The notes: generated by a model from the sequence alone, not told the origin. 64,000 nucleotides of DNA from Candidatus Latescibacterota bacterium (GCA_965205485.1 OZ242180.1:2560001-2624000), one strand, 5' to 3'; shown: positions 39,522 to 50,026, counted from the stretch's first letter. A program made the numbers and translations.

Positions 39522-40457
39522 ATGCCAGAGTCCATATTAAAGGCGCTTGAGAAAGGATTCGTGCTGGCCGACGGTGGAAACGTGGAGGAGTTGCGCCTCC
39601 GGGGATATTCGGCGCAGTCGGCGCTCGAGCACTACCCGGATGCCGCGCGCCTGGTTCACCAGGATTTCTTCCGGGCCGGGGCCGGCGTTATCAGAGCCCT
39701 GACGGGTCGGTGTACCCAAACCGGGCTCGGCGCAGGGGAGAACGGAAGTGCGGCCGACCGGGTCGACGAGATGAACCGTACGGCCGTTGCGCTGGCGAAG
39801 GGCGCGGCAGGAGGGGAGGCGCTCGTGGCCGGAACACTGGCGCCAACGGGGGCTTTTCAGGCTGATGACGCGGGTTCCGCGGACCGCGCCCGTGCGGAGT
39901 GGGAGGAACAGGCCGGCATATTGGCAGACGCGGGCGTGGATCTGCTCGTCTGCGAGTCATTCGCCCGGCTCGACGAGGCGCAACTGGCGCTGGCGTGCTG
40001 CAAGGGCAGCGGGTTGCCGGTTGTGGTGTCGGTGGACGTCGCATTGCCCGAGGGCAGATTGAATCAACCGGCGCTTCGCGAGGATGAAGTGACCGCCGAC
40101 GGCGTCGCGCCTGCCGAGTGCGCGCGCATTCTGGCGGACGACGGCGCAGACGTCGTGGGCGCGGGCGGCCTGCGGGAACCGGAGGACCTGTGGCCCGTGG
40201 TGCTGGAAATGCGGGACGCGGTGGACGCGCCCATCGCCTTTCTGCCGAATGGATATCGCACGTGCAGGGCGCACTGGGAGCACATGAGGGAAGGCATGCA
40301 CGTCTACGGAATCGAAATGGGGCAGTACGCGTTGAAGGCGGTCGCCCACGATATCCGCTTCGTAGGCGGATCGGACGGGGTGGTGATCCGGCTCCTCCGA
40401 TCGATGGCGCAGGCGCTGGACTGCGAACGGAAACACATCGAACTCCGTCCGCGATAA
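39522..40457 (+). CDS. Homocysteine S-methyltransferase-fold protein lacking the Zn-binding cysteines, paralogue 3
   Basis: VLADGGN, DFFRAGA, DLLVCESF; VVGAGG and FVGGSDG where the paralogues have VGxVC and GxCCG. Confidence 0.85.
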   Translation: MPESILKALEKGFVLADGGNVEELRLRGYSAQSALEHYPDAARLVHQDFFRAGAGVIRALTGRCTQTGLGAGENGSAADRVDEMNRTAVALAKGAAGGEALVAGTLAPTGAFQADDAGSADRARAEWEEQAGILADAGVDLLVCESFARLDEAQLALACCKGSGLPVVVSVDVALPEGRLNQPALREDEVTADGVAPAECARILADDGADVVGAGGLREPEDLWPVVLEMRDAVDAPIAFLPNGYRTCRAHWEHMREGMHVYGIEMGQYALKAVAHDIRFVGGSDGVVIRLLRSMAQALDCERKHIELRPR

Positions 40458-40538
40458 TGTGCAACGAGGAGGTTGCCGCCAGCAATCGCTGAGCTATATA
40501 TTGGAACTCGGGCATGATGCTGGTACAGGAGGGTCAGG

Positions 40539-41450
40539 ATGGACATATTGAAGATGCTGGAGGAGGGCGTCGTTCTGAGCGACGGGGGGATGATCATCGA
40601 GGCGAGGTGGCGCGGGTACGATACGCCGGCCATGATCCTGGAAGATCCTGACGCGCTGCGCCAGATCCACCAGGATTTCTTTCGGGCCGGATCCCACGTT
40701 CTTCAGGCGCAGACCTGGTGGACCAGCCGGTCGCAACTCGAACGCCGCCGTAAACCGGGCGACACGCCGAGCGGTGAAGGCGCGCGTTTGGAGGAAATCT
40801 CCCGTACGGCAATCCGGCTGGCCATCGAGGCTTCCGGCGGCGAAGCCCTGGTCGCCGGCTGCCTGAACCAGACGGCCGCGGGGTCCTGGACGGGGCCGTA
40901 CATATACCGGCCCGACAACGCCCGGGCGCGCGAGCAGGCGTGCGCGGAGTGGGACGAGCACATTTCCTGGATGGTGGACGCCGGCGCCGGGCTTCTCATT
41001 CCGGAAACGTTCGCCCGGCTGGACGAAGCCCGGCTGTGCCTGTCGCGCTGCAAGAAAACCGACGTGCCCGCGATGGTGCTGATGGGCTCGAGCAGCCGGA
41101 CGCACGACGGCGCCACGCCGGCGGAGTGCGCGAAGGTCCTGGCTGACGAGGGCGCGGATATCGTCGGCCTGGTCTGCTCCGGCGATTCGATGACCATGTG
41201 GCCGGGGGTCCTGGCGATGCGGGAGGCGGTGGATATCCCCATCGCCTATCAGCCGCAGGGGTATCGCAATGCAGGCCCCAACAATTCGGTCATTCGCGAG
41301 TCGATGATCGTCTCGGGCAGCGAGATGGCCCAATACGCGTTGAAGGCCAGGGCCGAGGGCATCAACTTCATCGGCGCGTGCTGCGGCGCGGGCCCCTCGC
41401 ACATCCGGGCGATCGCGCAGGCGCTGGGCTGCGAGCGCTATCCGGTTTGA
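40539..41450 (+). CDS. Homocysteine S-methyltransferase family protein, paralogue 4
   Basis: VLSDGGM, LIPETF, IVGLVC, FIGACCGAGPSHIRA; RBS AGGAGG. Confidence 0.9.
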   Translation: MDILKMLEEGVVLSDGGMIIEARWRGYDTPAMILEDPDALRQIHQDFFRAGSHVLQAQTWWTSRSQLERRRKPGDTPSGEGARLEEISRTAIRLAIEASGGEALVAGCLNQTAAGSWTGPYIYRPDNARAREQACAEWDEHISWMVDAGAGLLIPETFARLDEARLCLSRCKKTDVPAMVLMGSSSRTHDGATPAECAKVLADEGADIVGLVCSGDSMTMWPGVLAMREAVDIPIAYQPQGYRNAGPNNSVIRESMIVSGSEMAQYALKARAEGINFIGACCGAGPSHIRAIAQALGCERYPV

Positions 41451-41476
41451 CGCGGTTGTCGGAACGGCGCGCCATC

Positions 41477-41502
41477 GTAGGGCGCCGGCCTGCCGGTGCG
41501 CC
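41477..41502 (+). repeat. Degenerate GTAG-type REP palindrome between convergent genes
   Basis: GTAGGGCGCCGGCCTGCCGGTGCGCC. Confidence 0.55.
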
Positions 41503-42428
41503 TATTGAGCGAATTCATAGACGAGCGAACCGGCCGGCGCATCTTTGAGTTGTAGAACAATGGTGCCTGAATCCTGTCGGTACGCCTTCTGGTACAGCGC
41601 CTTGATCGGCGCCAGATCGAATAGATATCCTTCAGTGATCCACGCCTCACATGGGTCGTCATTGGCATTGTGGGCGAGAGCGACGTTGAGCTGCACCGGA
41701 TCCGACTCCATGAAGGCGCCCGATGCGACCAGCGTGAACTGGTGATCCCTGCATCCGCCGCTGTATGACACCTTTACGGCAAGCGTGTCGGCCGTTATCG
41801 CGGCCTCGTTCAGCTCAAAAGCGTCCTTGCCCCACTTGTCCGTCGCATCCGTGCCGGCGTCGACGATAACCGTGGCGCCACGCTGTTTCGGTTCCTCAAG
41901 CCCGTCGTCGTCAAACGGCGTGGAAGCGGTCACCCTTGCCTTTTCGCCGACGGGGAGTTCTACCGTCAGTTCATATCCACCGTTAACGGGAATACTCGAC
42001 CAGGTACCCAGCAGACGCCCGTCCCGCCGGGCCCGCGCCTGGTAGTATCCACTCACGTCGTCCGCGTGAATCTCCACGCGGGTTTCGCCACGCTCGTCGG
42101 TTGTGCCAGACCACTCGAAGTTGGGCGACCGACCCGATATGGAACGCGTGAACGCCACGGCCACGTCACGAAGAGGTGTCTGACCTTGCCGCAATACGGC
42201 AACCACCACGGCCCGTGCGAGATCCTTGTTTACGGCAACCACGGTATCCGACAGGTCGTTGTCCGTGGCCGGTTTACTCAGCGGACCTGCAATCTGTCCG
42301 TTCGACTGTCGAGCGTTCGACTCGCCGGAATTCGTTATTCCCGGCGTCACCACACGATCACCGCTGCAAGTCCACGTCAAGCCTGCGGCGAGCGCCAGCG
42401 CAAATACACTGTGGATGCGACTGAACAT
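41502..42428 (-). CDS. Putative lipoprotein with Ig-like domain and NigD-like C-terminal domain
   Basis: RBS AGGAGG; signal ending LTWTC; VSYSGGCRDHQFTL…LAHNANDDPCEA. Confidence 0.7.
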   Translation of the reverse strand: MFSRIHSVFALALAAGLTWTCSGDRVVTPGITNSGESNARQSNGQIAGPLSKPATDNDLSDTVVAVNKDLARAVVVAVLRQGQTPLRDVAVAFTRSISGRSPNFEWSGTTDERGETRVEIHADDVSGYYQARARRDGRLLGTWSSIPVNGGYELTVELPVGEKARVTASTPFDDDGLEEPKQRGATVIVDAGTDATDKWGKDAFELNEAAITADTLAVKVSYSGGCRDHQFTLVASGAFMESDPVQLNVALAHNANDDPCEAWITEGYLFDLAPIKALYQKAYRQDSGTIVLQLKDAPAGSLVYEFAQ

Positions 42429-42648
42429 CGAAATCCTCCTTGATCCGGAACGTGGTCGGCGAGGATGGCGAAAAAGACGCTTGCGAATCATTTAAAGTTT
42501 AATCAATGAATGGTACGTAAGTTGCGTTTTTTCGTTTCCTGGAAGAGCATGAGACATATATTGGGGGATCCAGGATTCGTGGCGGCGGCTTCTGCTGGCG
42601 TCTGCGCAGCGATGCCCCCGCGTCACTACAAAACGACGGAGGAATTCT

Positions 42649-43869
42649 ATGGACGAGATCAGAATAGGCGTTGCCGGACTGGGCCACCGCGGGCTGCACT
42701 GGATCCGGCTGCTTCAGAGCGCCCCGGGTTACCGGATCACGGCAATCTACGACTGGATCGAGCCGCTCCAGGAGCGGGCGCTGGCGGAGATTGCCTATCG
42801 CGACGACGTGAAGGTATTCAGCAACTACTACGATTTTCTGGCGTACGAGGGGATGGACGCGGTGGGTCTGGTGGTGAGGCAGCTGGAGCAGGGAACCATG
42901 GCCGCCGAGGCGCTGGAGGCGGGCAAGCACGTCAACGCCGAGGTCCCTGCTGCATATACGATGCAGGAATGCTGGCGTATCGTCACGAACGTGGAGCGGA
43001 CGGGGCTGGTGTACAGCCTTGCGGAGCAGACGCGGTTCTGGGGGTTCGTGGACGGCTGGAAGAAGCTGGTGGACGACGGAATGCTGGGCAAGATCACGTA
43101 TGCGGAAGGACAGTACCTGGGTTACTACGGCACCCATCAGTGGTTCCAGGATTACAACACCGGCAAGAATTACCCGGTTGAGGCGCTTGCCGACCACCCG
43201 GATGCCGAGCCCGCCAGTCCGCAATACCTGCCGTACATCATCTCCGCTTCGTACGATCTGAGCATACTGCTGAAGATCCTGGACGACCGCGTGATCGAGG
43301 TAACCTCGATGAGTACCAGGCCGCCCAGTTATACGACGCCGGAGATGCTCAACGCGGATATTCAGGTGGCGCTGATGAAGACGGAGAACGACACGCTGAT
43401 CCGGATGCTGAACGGGTTCAACCAGCCCAGGCCGCACGGCGACCACCACTGGTGGCAGATGATCGGCACGAAGGGAAGCGTGGAGTGGCGCCGGTCCGGA
43501 AAGGAAAAGCCGAAATTGTGGCTGGCGGACACGCAGATGAACGACTGGATGGAGGTCGACTGGCAGTACCGGCGGACCGACGCGCCCCCGGAGGCGCGGG
43601 GAAGCGGCCACGGCGACGCCGACTACTACGTGCACATGTATTTCAGAGACGCCATCCTCAAGGGAGAGTCGCTTGAGTACGACGTGTACCGGGTGATGGA
43701 CTCGATGGCGCCGGCGGTGCTGGCCGTGGATTCGATCGAGGAAGGCTCCAGGGTCGTCAGCGTCCCGGACTTCCGGCCCGGCGCGGATCGTCCTTCGGGA
43801 CAGATGCCGGCGGACCTGGGCGGGATCGGCGGACGCATCCACGTGACGAAGATGCCGGGGAGGCGGTAA
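42649..43869 (+). CDS. Gfo/Idh/MocA-family oxidoreductase (GH109-like motifs), paralogue B
   Basis: Long blocks identical to 34329-35525 (e.g. ECWRIVTNVERTGLVYSLAEQTRFWGFVDGWK). Confidence 0.9.
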   Translation: MDEIRIGVAGLGHRGLHWIRLLQSAPGYRITAIYDWIEPLQERALAEIAYRDDVKVFSNYYDFLAYEGMDAVGLVVRQLEQGTMAAEALEAGKHVNAEVPAAYTMQECWRIVTNVERTGLVYSLAEQTRFWGFVDGWKKLVDDGMLGKITYAEGQYLGYYGTHQWFQDYNTGKNYPVEALADHPDAEPASPQYLPYIISASYDLSILLKILDDRVIEVTSMSTRPPSYTTPEMLNADIQVALMKTENDTLIRMLNGFNQPRPHGDHHWWQMIGTKGSVEWRRSGKEKPKLWLADTQMNDWMEVDWQYRRTDAPPEARGSGHGDADYYVHMYFRDAILKGESLEYDVYRVMDSMAPAVLAVDSIEEGSRVVSVPDFRPGADRPSGQMPADLGGIGGRIHVTKMPGRR

Positions 43870-45203
43870 TGGCGCGTTTTAATTTCCGGGCGTTGTGGCC
43901 GGGAATGGTCGCGGCCGTTGCCTGCGCCGTCGCCGTTTCCGCCGCCGCCCAGGTCCCTCGCGAAATTCTGGCCCTCAGCCCCGACGTCAGGGGATTGGGC
44001 GCCGATGCGGCCGCGAAATGGAAGTCCGTCGATCTGCGTGACGGCGAGGACGGAACGCTCGCGGGGACCAATTCCTACGGCATCAACGCGGCCGATTTCG
44101 ACCGGGACGGCGACCTGGACCTCGTCGTGGCCTTTCAATCGGGCGGGGCAAAGATCCCGGACGAGGACCGTGAGTACGGCATGGTCTATTGGCTGGAGAA
44201 CCTGGCGCCTCCGCCGGATTCAGGATTGGCATTTCGTATTCATCCACTGGACGACCGGCAGGTCACGCCGAAAGACGCCGTTGTGGTACGCCGCACTGCC
44301 GGAGGGAACACGGCCGTTGTGGTCCCCTGCTATCTGTCGGGCGAGACCGTGATATACGAGACTTTAGATGGGGAGAGTTGGAGAAAACTCAGCCTCAGGT
44401 CGAAAGCGCTCGAGCTTCCGGTCAGGGCCGTGGTTGCGGACGTCGACGGAGACGACCTCGACGACATTGTGGTCACCTCCATCTCGGAGTCGGGCCGCAA
44501 AGTGGGGTGGTTTCGTCAGAACAGCAGCGAATCGGAGCCCTGGGAAGAAATGCCGATTCACGTGAACCTGCCTCCCATCATCGGCGTGGACGCGGGCGAC
44601 GTGGACCTTGACGGGGATTTGGACCTTGTGTGCGCCTCCGAGCACGCGTCCCGGCCGTTTCTCCTGATCAATGCCGATGGAAAGGGGACCGAGTGGAAGC
44701 GGGATTCCATCCGCGTGGAATCGCCCGATTCGGTGCGGCGATGGGTCGCCCGCTTTTCCGACAAACCCCTCTCCCAGGTCCATGCGCGATTTGCGGACCT
44801 CGACGGGGACGGGGACCTGGATTGCGTCGAGACGAGTCTCAGAAACGGGTATCTGGCCTGGCGTGAGTATCTCGGGCCCGGGATGGAGTGGAGATTTCAT
44901 GAGATCGCGGGCGGCCTCGGCCACGCCTATTCCTTCGACCTCGGAGACGTGGACCGGGACGGGCGATTGGATATCGTGGTGCCTTCCGACGGGGGAGACG
45001 GGGTTTACGTGTTCCGGAACGTCAGGGGAGATGGAACCATGTGGGAGGCGACGCGTCTCGGCGACGGCGCGGGCCTCAACTGGCCGAATATCGTCCGTCT
45101 CGCGGATTTGGACGGTGACGGTTACGACGATGTCATGTCCACGGATTGGGGGACCAGGGCCGTCTTCTGGATCAATCCGTTCACGCCGGCGGCCGGAAAC
45201 TGA
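43869..45203 (+). CDS. Secreted FG-GAP/VCBS repeat beta-propeller protein
   Basis: Signal peptide; six DxDxDGDxD-type motifs; TAATG coupling to the upstream gene. Confidence 0.85.
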   Translation: MARFNFRALWPGMVAAVACAVAVSAAAQVPREILALSPDVRGLGADAAAKWKSVDLRDGEDGTLAGTNSYGINAADFDRDGDLDLVVAFQSGGAKIPDEDREYGMVYWLENLAPPPDSGLAFRIHPLDDRQVTPKDAVVVRRTAGGNTAVVVPCYLSGETVIYETLDGESWRKLSLRSKALELPVRAVVADVDGDDLDDIVVTSISESGRKVGWFRQNSSESEPWEEMPIHVNLPPIIGVDAGDVDLDGDLDLVCASEHASRPFLLINADGKGTEWKRDSIRVESPDSVRRWVARFSDKPLSQVHARFADLDGDGDLDCVETSLRNGYLAWREYLGPGMEWRFHEIAGGLGHAYSFDLGDVDRDGRLDIVVPSDGGDGVYVFRNVRGDGTMWEATRLGDGAGLNWPNIVRLADLDGDGYDDVMSTDWGTRAVFWINPFTPAAGN

Positions 45204-45250
45204 AGTGATCCGGTTGGCAGGCCGCAAAGGACGTATATGAGTGTTGAATC

Positions 45251-47230
45251 GTGAGAGGCGAGAAACAGCCGGAAGCGCGGGTGACGCTTCGGTCGATCGT
45301 AATCGGTCTGTGCATTGCGACGGCCATGAGCCTGCTGGCCTGTACGGCCCGCTACATCCAGAAGGGGTCGTACATGATGGTCGCCCAGGTTCCGATGGGC
45401 GTCCTTTTGCTTTGCCTGGTATCGATACTGGCCTGCGCCGTGCTGGCCCGGAGGTTCGGGACCGCTTTCGTCCTGTCGCCGTCGGAATGGATCACGGTCT
45501 TCAGCATGGGGGTCATCAGCGCCATCGGGCCCAACTACGGTGTCAGCGGGTACCTGGTGGGAATGTTGGCGTCACCGTATTATTTCGCGACGCCGGAGAA
45601 CCGCTGGGCGGAGTACCTCCATCCACACCTGCCGGGATGGCTGGTCCCCACGAATGATAACCTGGCGATGTCCTGGTTCTACGAGGGGCTGCCCGGCCGG
45701 ACGTCGATTCCCTGGGACGTCTGGGGGCTTCCACTGATCTGGTGGCTCTCCTTTGTTTTTGTACTGGGCTTTTCATGTATCTGTATTTCCGTTCTCCTGC
45801 ACCGCCAGTGGGCCGACCATGAAAAACTGGTGTACCCGGCGCTGGCACCGGTACTGGAAATGGCATCGCGGGCCGGGTCAGGAAAGAGGTGGCTGCCGGA
45901 GTTCATGAAGGGCAAGGTGTTCTGGGCGGGATTCGCGCTGACGTCGATCGTCTTCTGGTGGAACATGATCGCCTGGTTCTACCCGATGGCCCCCAGCTTC
46001 CCCACGGCAACCGGTCGCTTTATCTGGGACCTCCTTCCCGAAGAATATCCTCCGTTTTTCATCTTTCTCAGCACGCCCGTTATCTGTTTTTCCTATTTCG
46101 CGAGCCTCGACGTGCTCTTCAGCATCTGGTTCTTCGACTTCGTGTACATGATCGAAGCGGGCGCGTTGAATCGCATAGGAATCGTCGCAACGTCGCCGCA
46201 CTACGGCGCCGGGCCCTATACGACCACGACCTACAAATGGCAGGCGGCCGGAGCGTTCGTGTCGCTGGTTTTCTGGTGGATCTGGATCTCCCGGCGCCAC
46301 CTGCGCGAAGTCGTCCGGAGCGCGTTTCACGCGCGCGGGTCTTCGCCCGGCGTCGGCCGGGAATTACTCTCCTATCGGGCAGCGCTGATCGGCCTTCTGG
46401 GCAGCTGCGTTTACATCGCGGCGTTTCTGGGGCGAATAGGGGTGGAGGCCGGGATGATCGCCCTGCTGATTCCAACGATGTTCATCGCCTATCTCTTCGT
46501 GGCCAAGGTCGTGGCCGATTCGGGAATCATCTATATCCAGCCGCCCGCGTCCGCCTGGGAACTCTCGGGCGCGCTGGTTGGCGGCGCGGGAGCCCTGAAT
46601 GCGTCCACGCGCGCGACCTTCGGCATGCTGTCATTCACCGTCAGCCATCCCAGGAGCTTCATCATGCCGCTGGTCGCGCAGATCAACCGCCTGGGCGATT
46701 TCGTCGGAAGGGACAAACGCCGGCTATTCTGGGGCGTGTTCGCGGCATTTGTCGTGGGGGTGATCAGCTCGACTTTGTACACGATCTGGCTGGGATACCA
46801 CGTGGGCGCCTACAATTTCCGACCCAACTGGCTGATCATCCACGAAGGCGAATGGCAGTACGGGATGACCGTAAACGAGATCCTGAACCCGGCGAGGATG
46901 CAGGCGATCGATTACTGGTTTCTGCTGTTCGGCGCCGTGGCGATGGTCCTTGTGAATCTGATGCGCTATCGGTTCGCCAGGTGGCCGTTACACCCGATCG
47001 GGTTTGCGCTGTCCGGCATCCCGGCGGCGCGCCGCATGGGGTCCACGCTCCTGGTGGCGTGGCTGGTGAAGCTGATCATGCTGAAGACAGGCGGGGTGGC
47101 GTTCTACCGGCGGTCGATGCCGTTTTTCCTGGGGATGCTCGTGGGATACATCCTCGCCGTGACGGCGGGGATGGTCGTGGACGCGATCTGGTTTCCGAAT
47201 CGGGGGCACGTCGTACACAAGTGGTATTGA
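45251..47230 (+). CDS. DUF6785/DUF6784-like polytopic membrane protein, paralogue B
   Basis: Collinear with 35529-37532; PYYFATPENRW, RQWADHEKLVYP, WPLHPIGF. Confidence 0.8.
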   Translation: MRGEKQPEARVTLRSIVIGLCIATAMSLLACTARYIQKGSYMMVAQVPMGVLLLCLVSILACAVLARRFGTAFVLSPSEWITVFSMGVISAIGPNYGVSGYLVGMLASPYYFATPENRWAEYLHPHLPGWLVPTNDNLAMSWFYEGLPGRTSIPWDVWGLPLIWWLSFVFVLGFSCICISVLLHRQWADHEKLVYPALAPVLEMASRAGSGKRWLPEFMKGKVFWAGFALTSIVFWWNMIAWFYPMAPSFPTATGRFIWDLLPEEYPPFFIFLSTPVICFSYFASLDVLFSIWFFDFVYMIEAGALNRIGIVATSPHYGAGPYTTTTYKWQAAGAFVSLVFWWIWISRRHLREVVRSAFHARGSSPGVGRELLSYRAALIGLLGSCVYIAAFLGRIGVEAGMIALLIPTMFIAYLFVAKVVADSGIIYIQPPASAWELSGALVGGAGALNASTRATFGMLSFTVSHPRSFIMPLVAQINRLGDFVGRDKRRLFWGVFAAFVVGVISSTLYTIWLGYHVGAYNFRPNWLIIHEGEWQYGMTVNEILNPARMQAIDYWFLLFGAVAMVLVNLMRYRFARWPLHPIGFALSGIPAARRMGSTLLVAWLVKLIMLKTGGVAFYRRSMPFFLGMLVGYILAVTAGMVVDAIWFPNRGHVVHKWY

Positions 47231-47313
47231 TTCCCTGAATAACAACCCGGATGGGCTTCTTCGATGGGCTGATAGACGCCCATTCCCGAAGCGGTCGTCT
47301 CACGTCTTTGCGC

Positions 47314-47341
47314 TTGACAGGAGGTGACCGGATATTAACTT
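47314..47341 (+). promoter_or_regulatory. Possible sigma70 promoter for the DegT cluster
   Basis: Perfect TTGACA at 47314-47319 with AT-rich TATTAACTT downstream. Confidence 0.4.
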
Positions 47342-47458
47342 GAAGAACGAGTGAAGAGACCGATGAAGCACGGGAAATCCGTGTGTTATTGACGATTCGG
47401 AAAGGAGGAAGGGCGCGTATTTCTCCCGCGTCATGAGGAGGTGCTTGCGCCCGGTTTC

Positions 47459-48610
47459 ATGGAAATTCGAGAGGTGCCCTTCGGATCCATGGGAGGGGTC
47501 TATGAGCAGGACGACGTCGATGCGGTCAGCGGGATGCTTACAGGCGTTGCTGAGTCGGAAGGCACGTTCTTTCCGCTCCCCGAAGAGAACGACTTTCAGA
47601 ATGCGTTCGCCGCGCACGAGGGCGCCCGAAAGGCGATAGCGGTCAACTCCTGCGGTACGGGCCTGGACTGCTGCATGATGGCGCTGGACGTCGGCCCGGG
47701 CGACGAGGTGATCACGACCCCGCTCACCTTTGTCTGCACGGCCGGTACCGCGATTGCCAGAGGCGCCCGGGTGGTGCTTGCCGACATCGATCCGGTGAGT
47801 CTGAATCTGGACCCCCGGACGGTAAGGGAGAAGATCACGGAGCGCACCCGGGCGATCATTCCGGTGCACTTTGCCGGCCTAGCGTGTGACGTGGACGCAT
47901 TCGACCGGATATCCGGGGAGACGGGCGTTCCGGTGATTTACGATGCGGCGCACGCGGTCGGTACCAGATACCGGGGGGAACCCGTCGGCGGACGGGGAAA
48001 GGCCTCGTGTTACAGTTTTCAGAGCAACAAGAATATGACGTGTCTGGGGGAGGGAGGCGCGGTTACGACTGACGACGAGGACTTCGCGGAACAGGTCCGG
48101 CAGTTGAAGACATTCGGTTACGTCTATGGCGGGAACGGGACACGGGTGGTGCGGGTCGGGTTCAACTACCGGATGACCAAACCCCAATACGCGGTCGGGC
48201 TTACCCAGTTGGCCAAGATAGACCGCGTGATCCAGGACCGCCGGGACCGGATGGTCCGTCTAAATGCGCTGCTGGCCGGCGTCGACGAGGTGATTCTACC
48301 CGCCGGACACGGCCCCGACCATGGGAGCCATCTGCACGTGATCCGCCTGGACACCGATGCCGTGGGATTCGCCACGGACGCGTTCGTCGCTCACCTGAAG
48401 GATCGATATCAGGTGGGGACCGCAAAGCACTACCCGCCGCTGTGGACATGGGACGCCCTTCAGGAGCTTGGGTACAACGGCGACGGCTGTCCGGTCGCGG
48501 CCAGGGTCTGCGAACAGGTCGTCAGTACGCCAGTGTTCCCAGGCACGACCGATGAGGATCTCGAATATATCGCCTGGGCGATCAAGCAGACGATTTCGGA
48601 GCTGGGATAG
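47459..48610 (+). CDS. DegT/DnrJ/EryC1/StrS-family PLP-dependent sugar aminotransferase
   Basis: VNSCGTGL, GPGDEVITTPLTF, IIPVHFAG, YDAAHA, SFQSNKNMT (PLP lysine), GEGG, GFNYRM. Confidence 0.93.
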   Translation: MEIREVPFGSMGGVYEQDDVDAVSGMLTGVAESEGTFFPLPEENDFQNAFAAHEGARKAIAVNSCGTGLDCCMMALDVGPGDEVITTPLTFVCTAGTAIARGARVVLADIDPVSLNLDPRTVREKITERTRAIIPVHFAGLACDVDAFDRISGETGVPVIYDAAHAVGTRYRGEPVGGRGKASCYSFQSNKNMTCLGEGGAVTTDDEDFAEQVRQLKTFGYVYGGNGTRVVRVGFNYRMTKPQYAVGLTQLAKIDRVIQDRRDRMVRLNALLAGVDEVILPAGHGPDHGSHLHVIRLDTDAVGFATDAFVAHLKDRYQVGTAKHYPPLWTWDALQELGYNGDGCPVAARVCEQVVSTPVFPGTTDEDLEYIAWAIKQTISELG

Positions 48611-49030
48611 TAACAGAAACCGTATTTACAGCTTTATCAGCCGTCAGCAGCCAGCAATGCAGCGGGTAGCCAACCCGGGAGACGGGAGAGATTACCTGCC
48701 TTGTGAGGTTCTACGATCGGCCGGAGGCAAGAAGGAATAAAATAGCGGGCACGTTTCTTCTACCCTCTCCCCGCCTTTGCAATTGTCGTCGCTGGGAGCA
48801 GGGCGGACATCATTTCGACACAAGGGTTGCCCCTACGACCTGAGCCGCTCCCTGAGCTCGTCGAAGGGTCGGCGGAACCCAGAGAGTTCAATTCCAAACA
48901 CGGGCATTTTAGCTCAATGACCACGTATCGAAGGGTTGTATGGGGCAAGTCTCCTCGTGACAGGCGCAGCCACACCGTTGGATGTGCGGCGACATGTTCC
49001 GAGTCGCCTCGAGACTGTGCAGGAGGAATA

Positions 49031-50026
49031 ATGGACAACGTGAGGTGGCTTCTTGTCGGCGCCGGAGATATCGCCCGCAAGCGGGTGGCCGCCGCACTCG
49101 CGGGGGCAGTGAATTCGGAATTGGTGGCGGTGTGCGACATGGTACAGGAAAACGCCCGCGCGCTGGCGTCCGAATACGACCTGTCCGAGGTCTACGCCGA
49201 TCTGGATGAGGCCCTGGCGAAGACGTCGGCGGACGCAGTCTACGTCGCAACGCCCGTATGGCTGCACGTGCCACACGCGGTTCAGGCCCTCGAAGCGGAC
49301 AAGCACGTGCTCGTGGAAAAACCCCTGGGCGTGACCGGTGAGGAATGTGCAAGCGCCATCGAGGCGGCCGAGCGCAGCGACAGGTTGGCCGGGTGTTCCT
49401 ATTTTCGGCGGCTTTTCCCGGCGTATCTCCAGGCGCGGGAGATGATCCGGAACGGCGAATTCGGCCAGGTCCTCCTCGTGCGCATCGTCTACTTTTCCTG
49501 GTTCAGCCCCGCGGATGACGATCCGAAACGCTGGCGCGTCTTCCGGGAGCGGTCCGGAGGCGGCCCCATCAGCGATATGGGCACGCACATGTTCGATGTG
49601 ATGATCGGGCTCCTGGGGATGCCGGTTTCGGTGTACGCCCGGTGCGAGAACCTGGTGCAGAAGTGGGACGTGGAGGACTGTGCGAGCATCGTCATGAAAC
49701 TTGATAACGGCGCATTGGTCACGGCGTCATTCAGCTGGAGTTCGCAGACCTGGCGGCACGAGTTTGAGATCGTAGGGTCCGAGGCCAAGGTGTACTGGCA
49801 TCCCTACGATTCGGGCGAGGTCGTCAAAACGGTGGGTCGGCAGGTGGATACGCTGGATCTGACACCCGACGACAACGTACACGGCCCGGTCGTCCAGGAT
49901 TTCGTCGATGCGGTTCGGGATGGACGCCAGCCGGTCTGCCCCCTCGGCGAAGCGGCGAAGACCAATGCGCTGCTGGATGCGATCTATCGGTCCGCGGCGG
50001 AGCATCGCGAGGTCGTGTTAGGCTGA
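49031..50026 (+). CDS. Gfo/Idh/MocA-family oxidoreductase (canonical)
   Basis: VGAGDIA, VYVATP, KHVLVEKP, GGGPISDMGTH; RBS AGGAGG. Confidence 0.92.
   Translation: MDNVRWLLVGAGDIARKRVAAALAGAVNSELVAVCDMVQENARALASEYDLSEVYADLDEALAKTSADAVYVATPVWLHVPHAVQALEADKHVLVEKPLGVTGEECASAIEAAERSDRLAGCSYFRRLFPAYLQAREMIRNGEFGQVLLVRIVYFSWFSPADDDPKRWRVFRERSGGGPISDMGTHMFDVMIGLLGMPVSVYARCENLVQKWDVEDCASIVMKLDNGALVTASFSWSSQTWRHEFEIVGSEAKVYWHPYDSGEVVKTVGRQVDTLDLTPDDNVHGPVVQDFVDAVRDGRQPVCPLGEAAKTNALLDAIYRSAAEHREVVLG

Noticed and set aside
47230..47430. Ribozyme- or riboswitch-like hairpins before degT
   Set aside because: Only isolated hairpins (e.g. CACGGGAAATCCGTG) with no complete consensus
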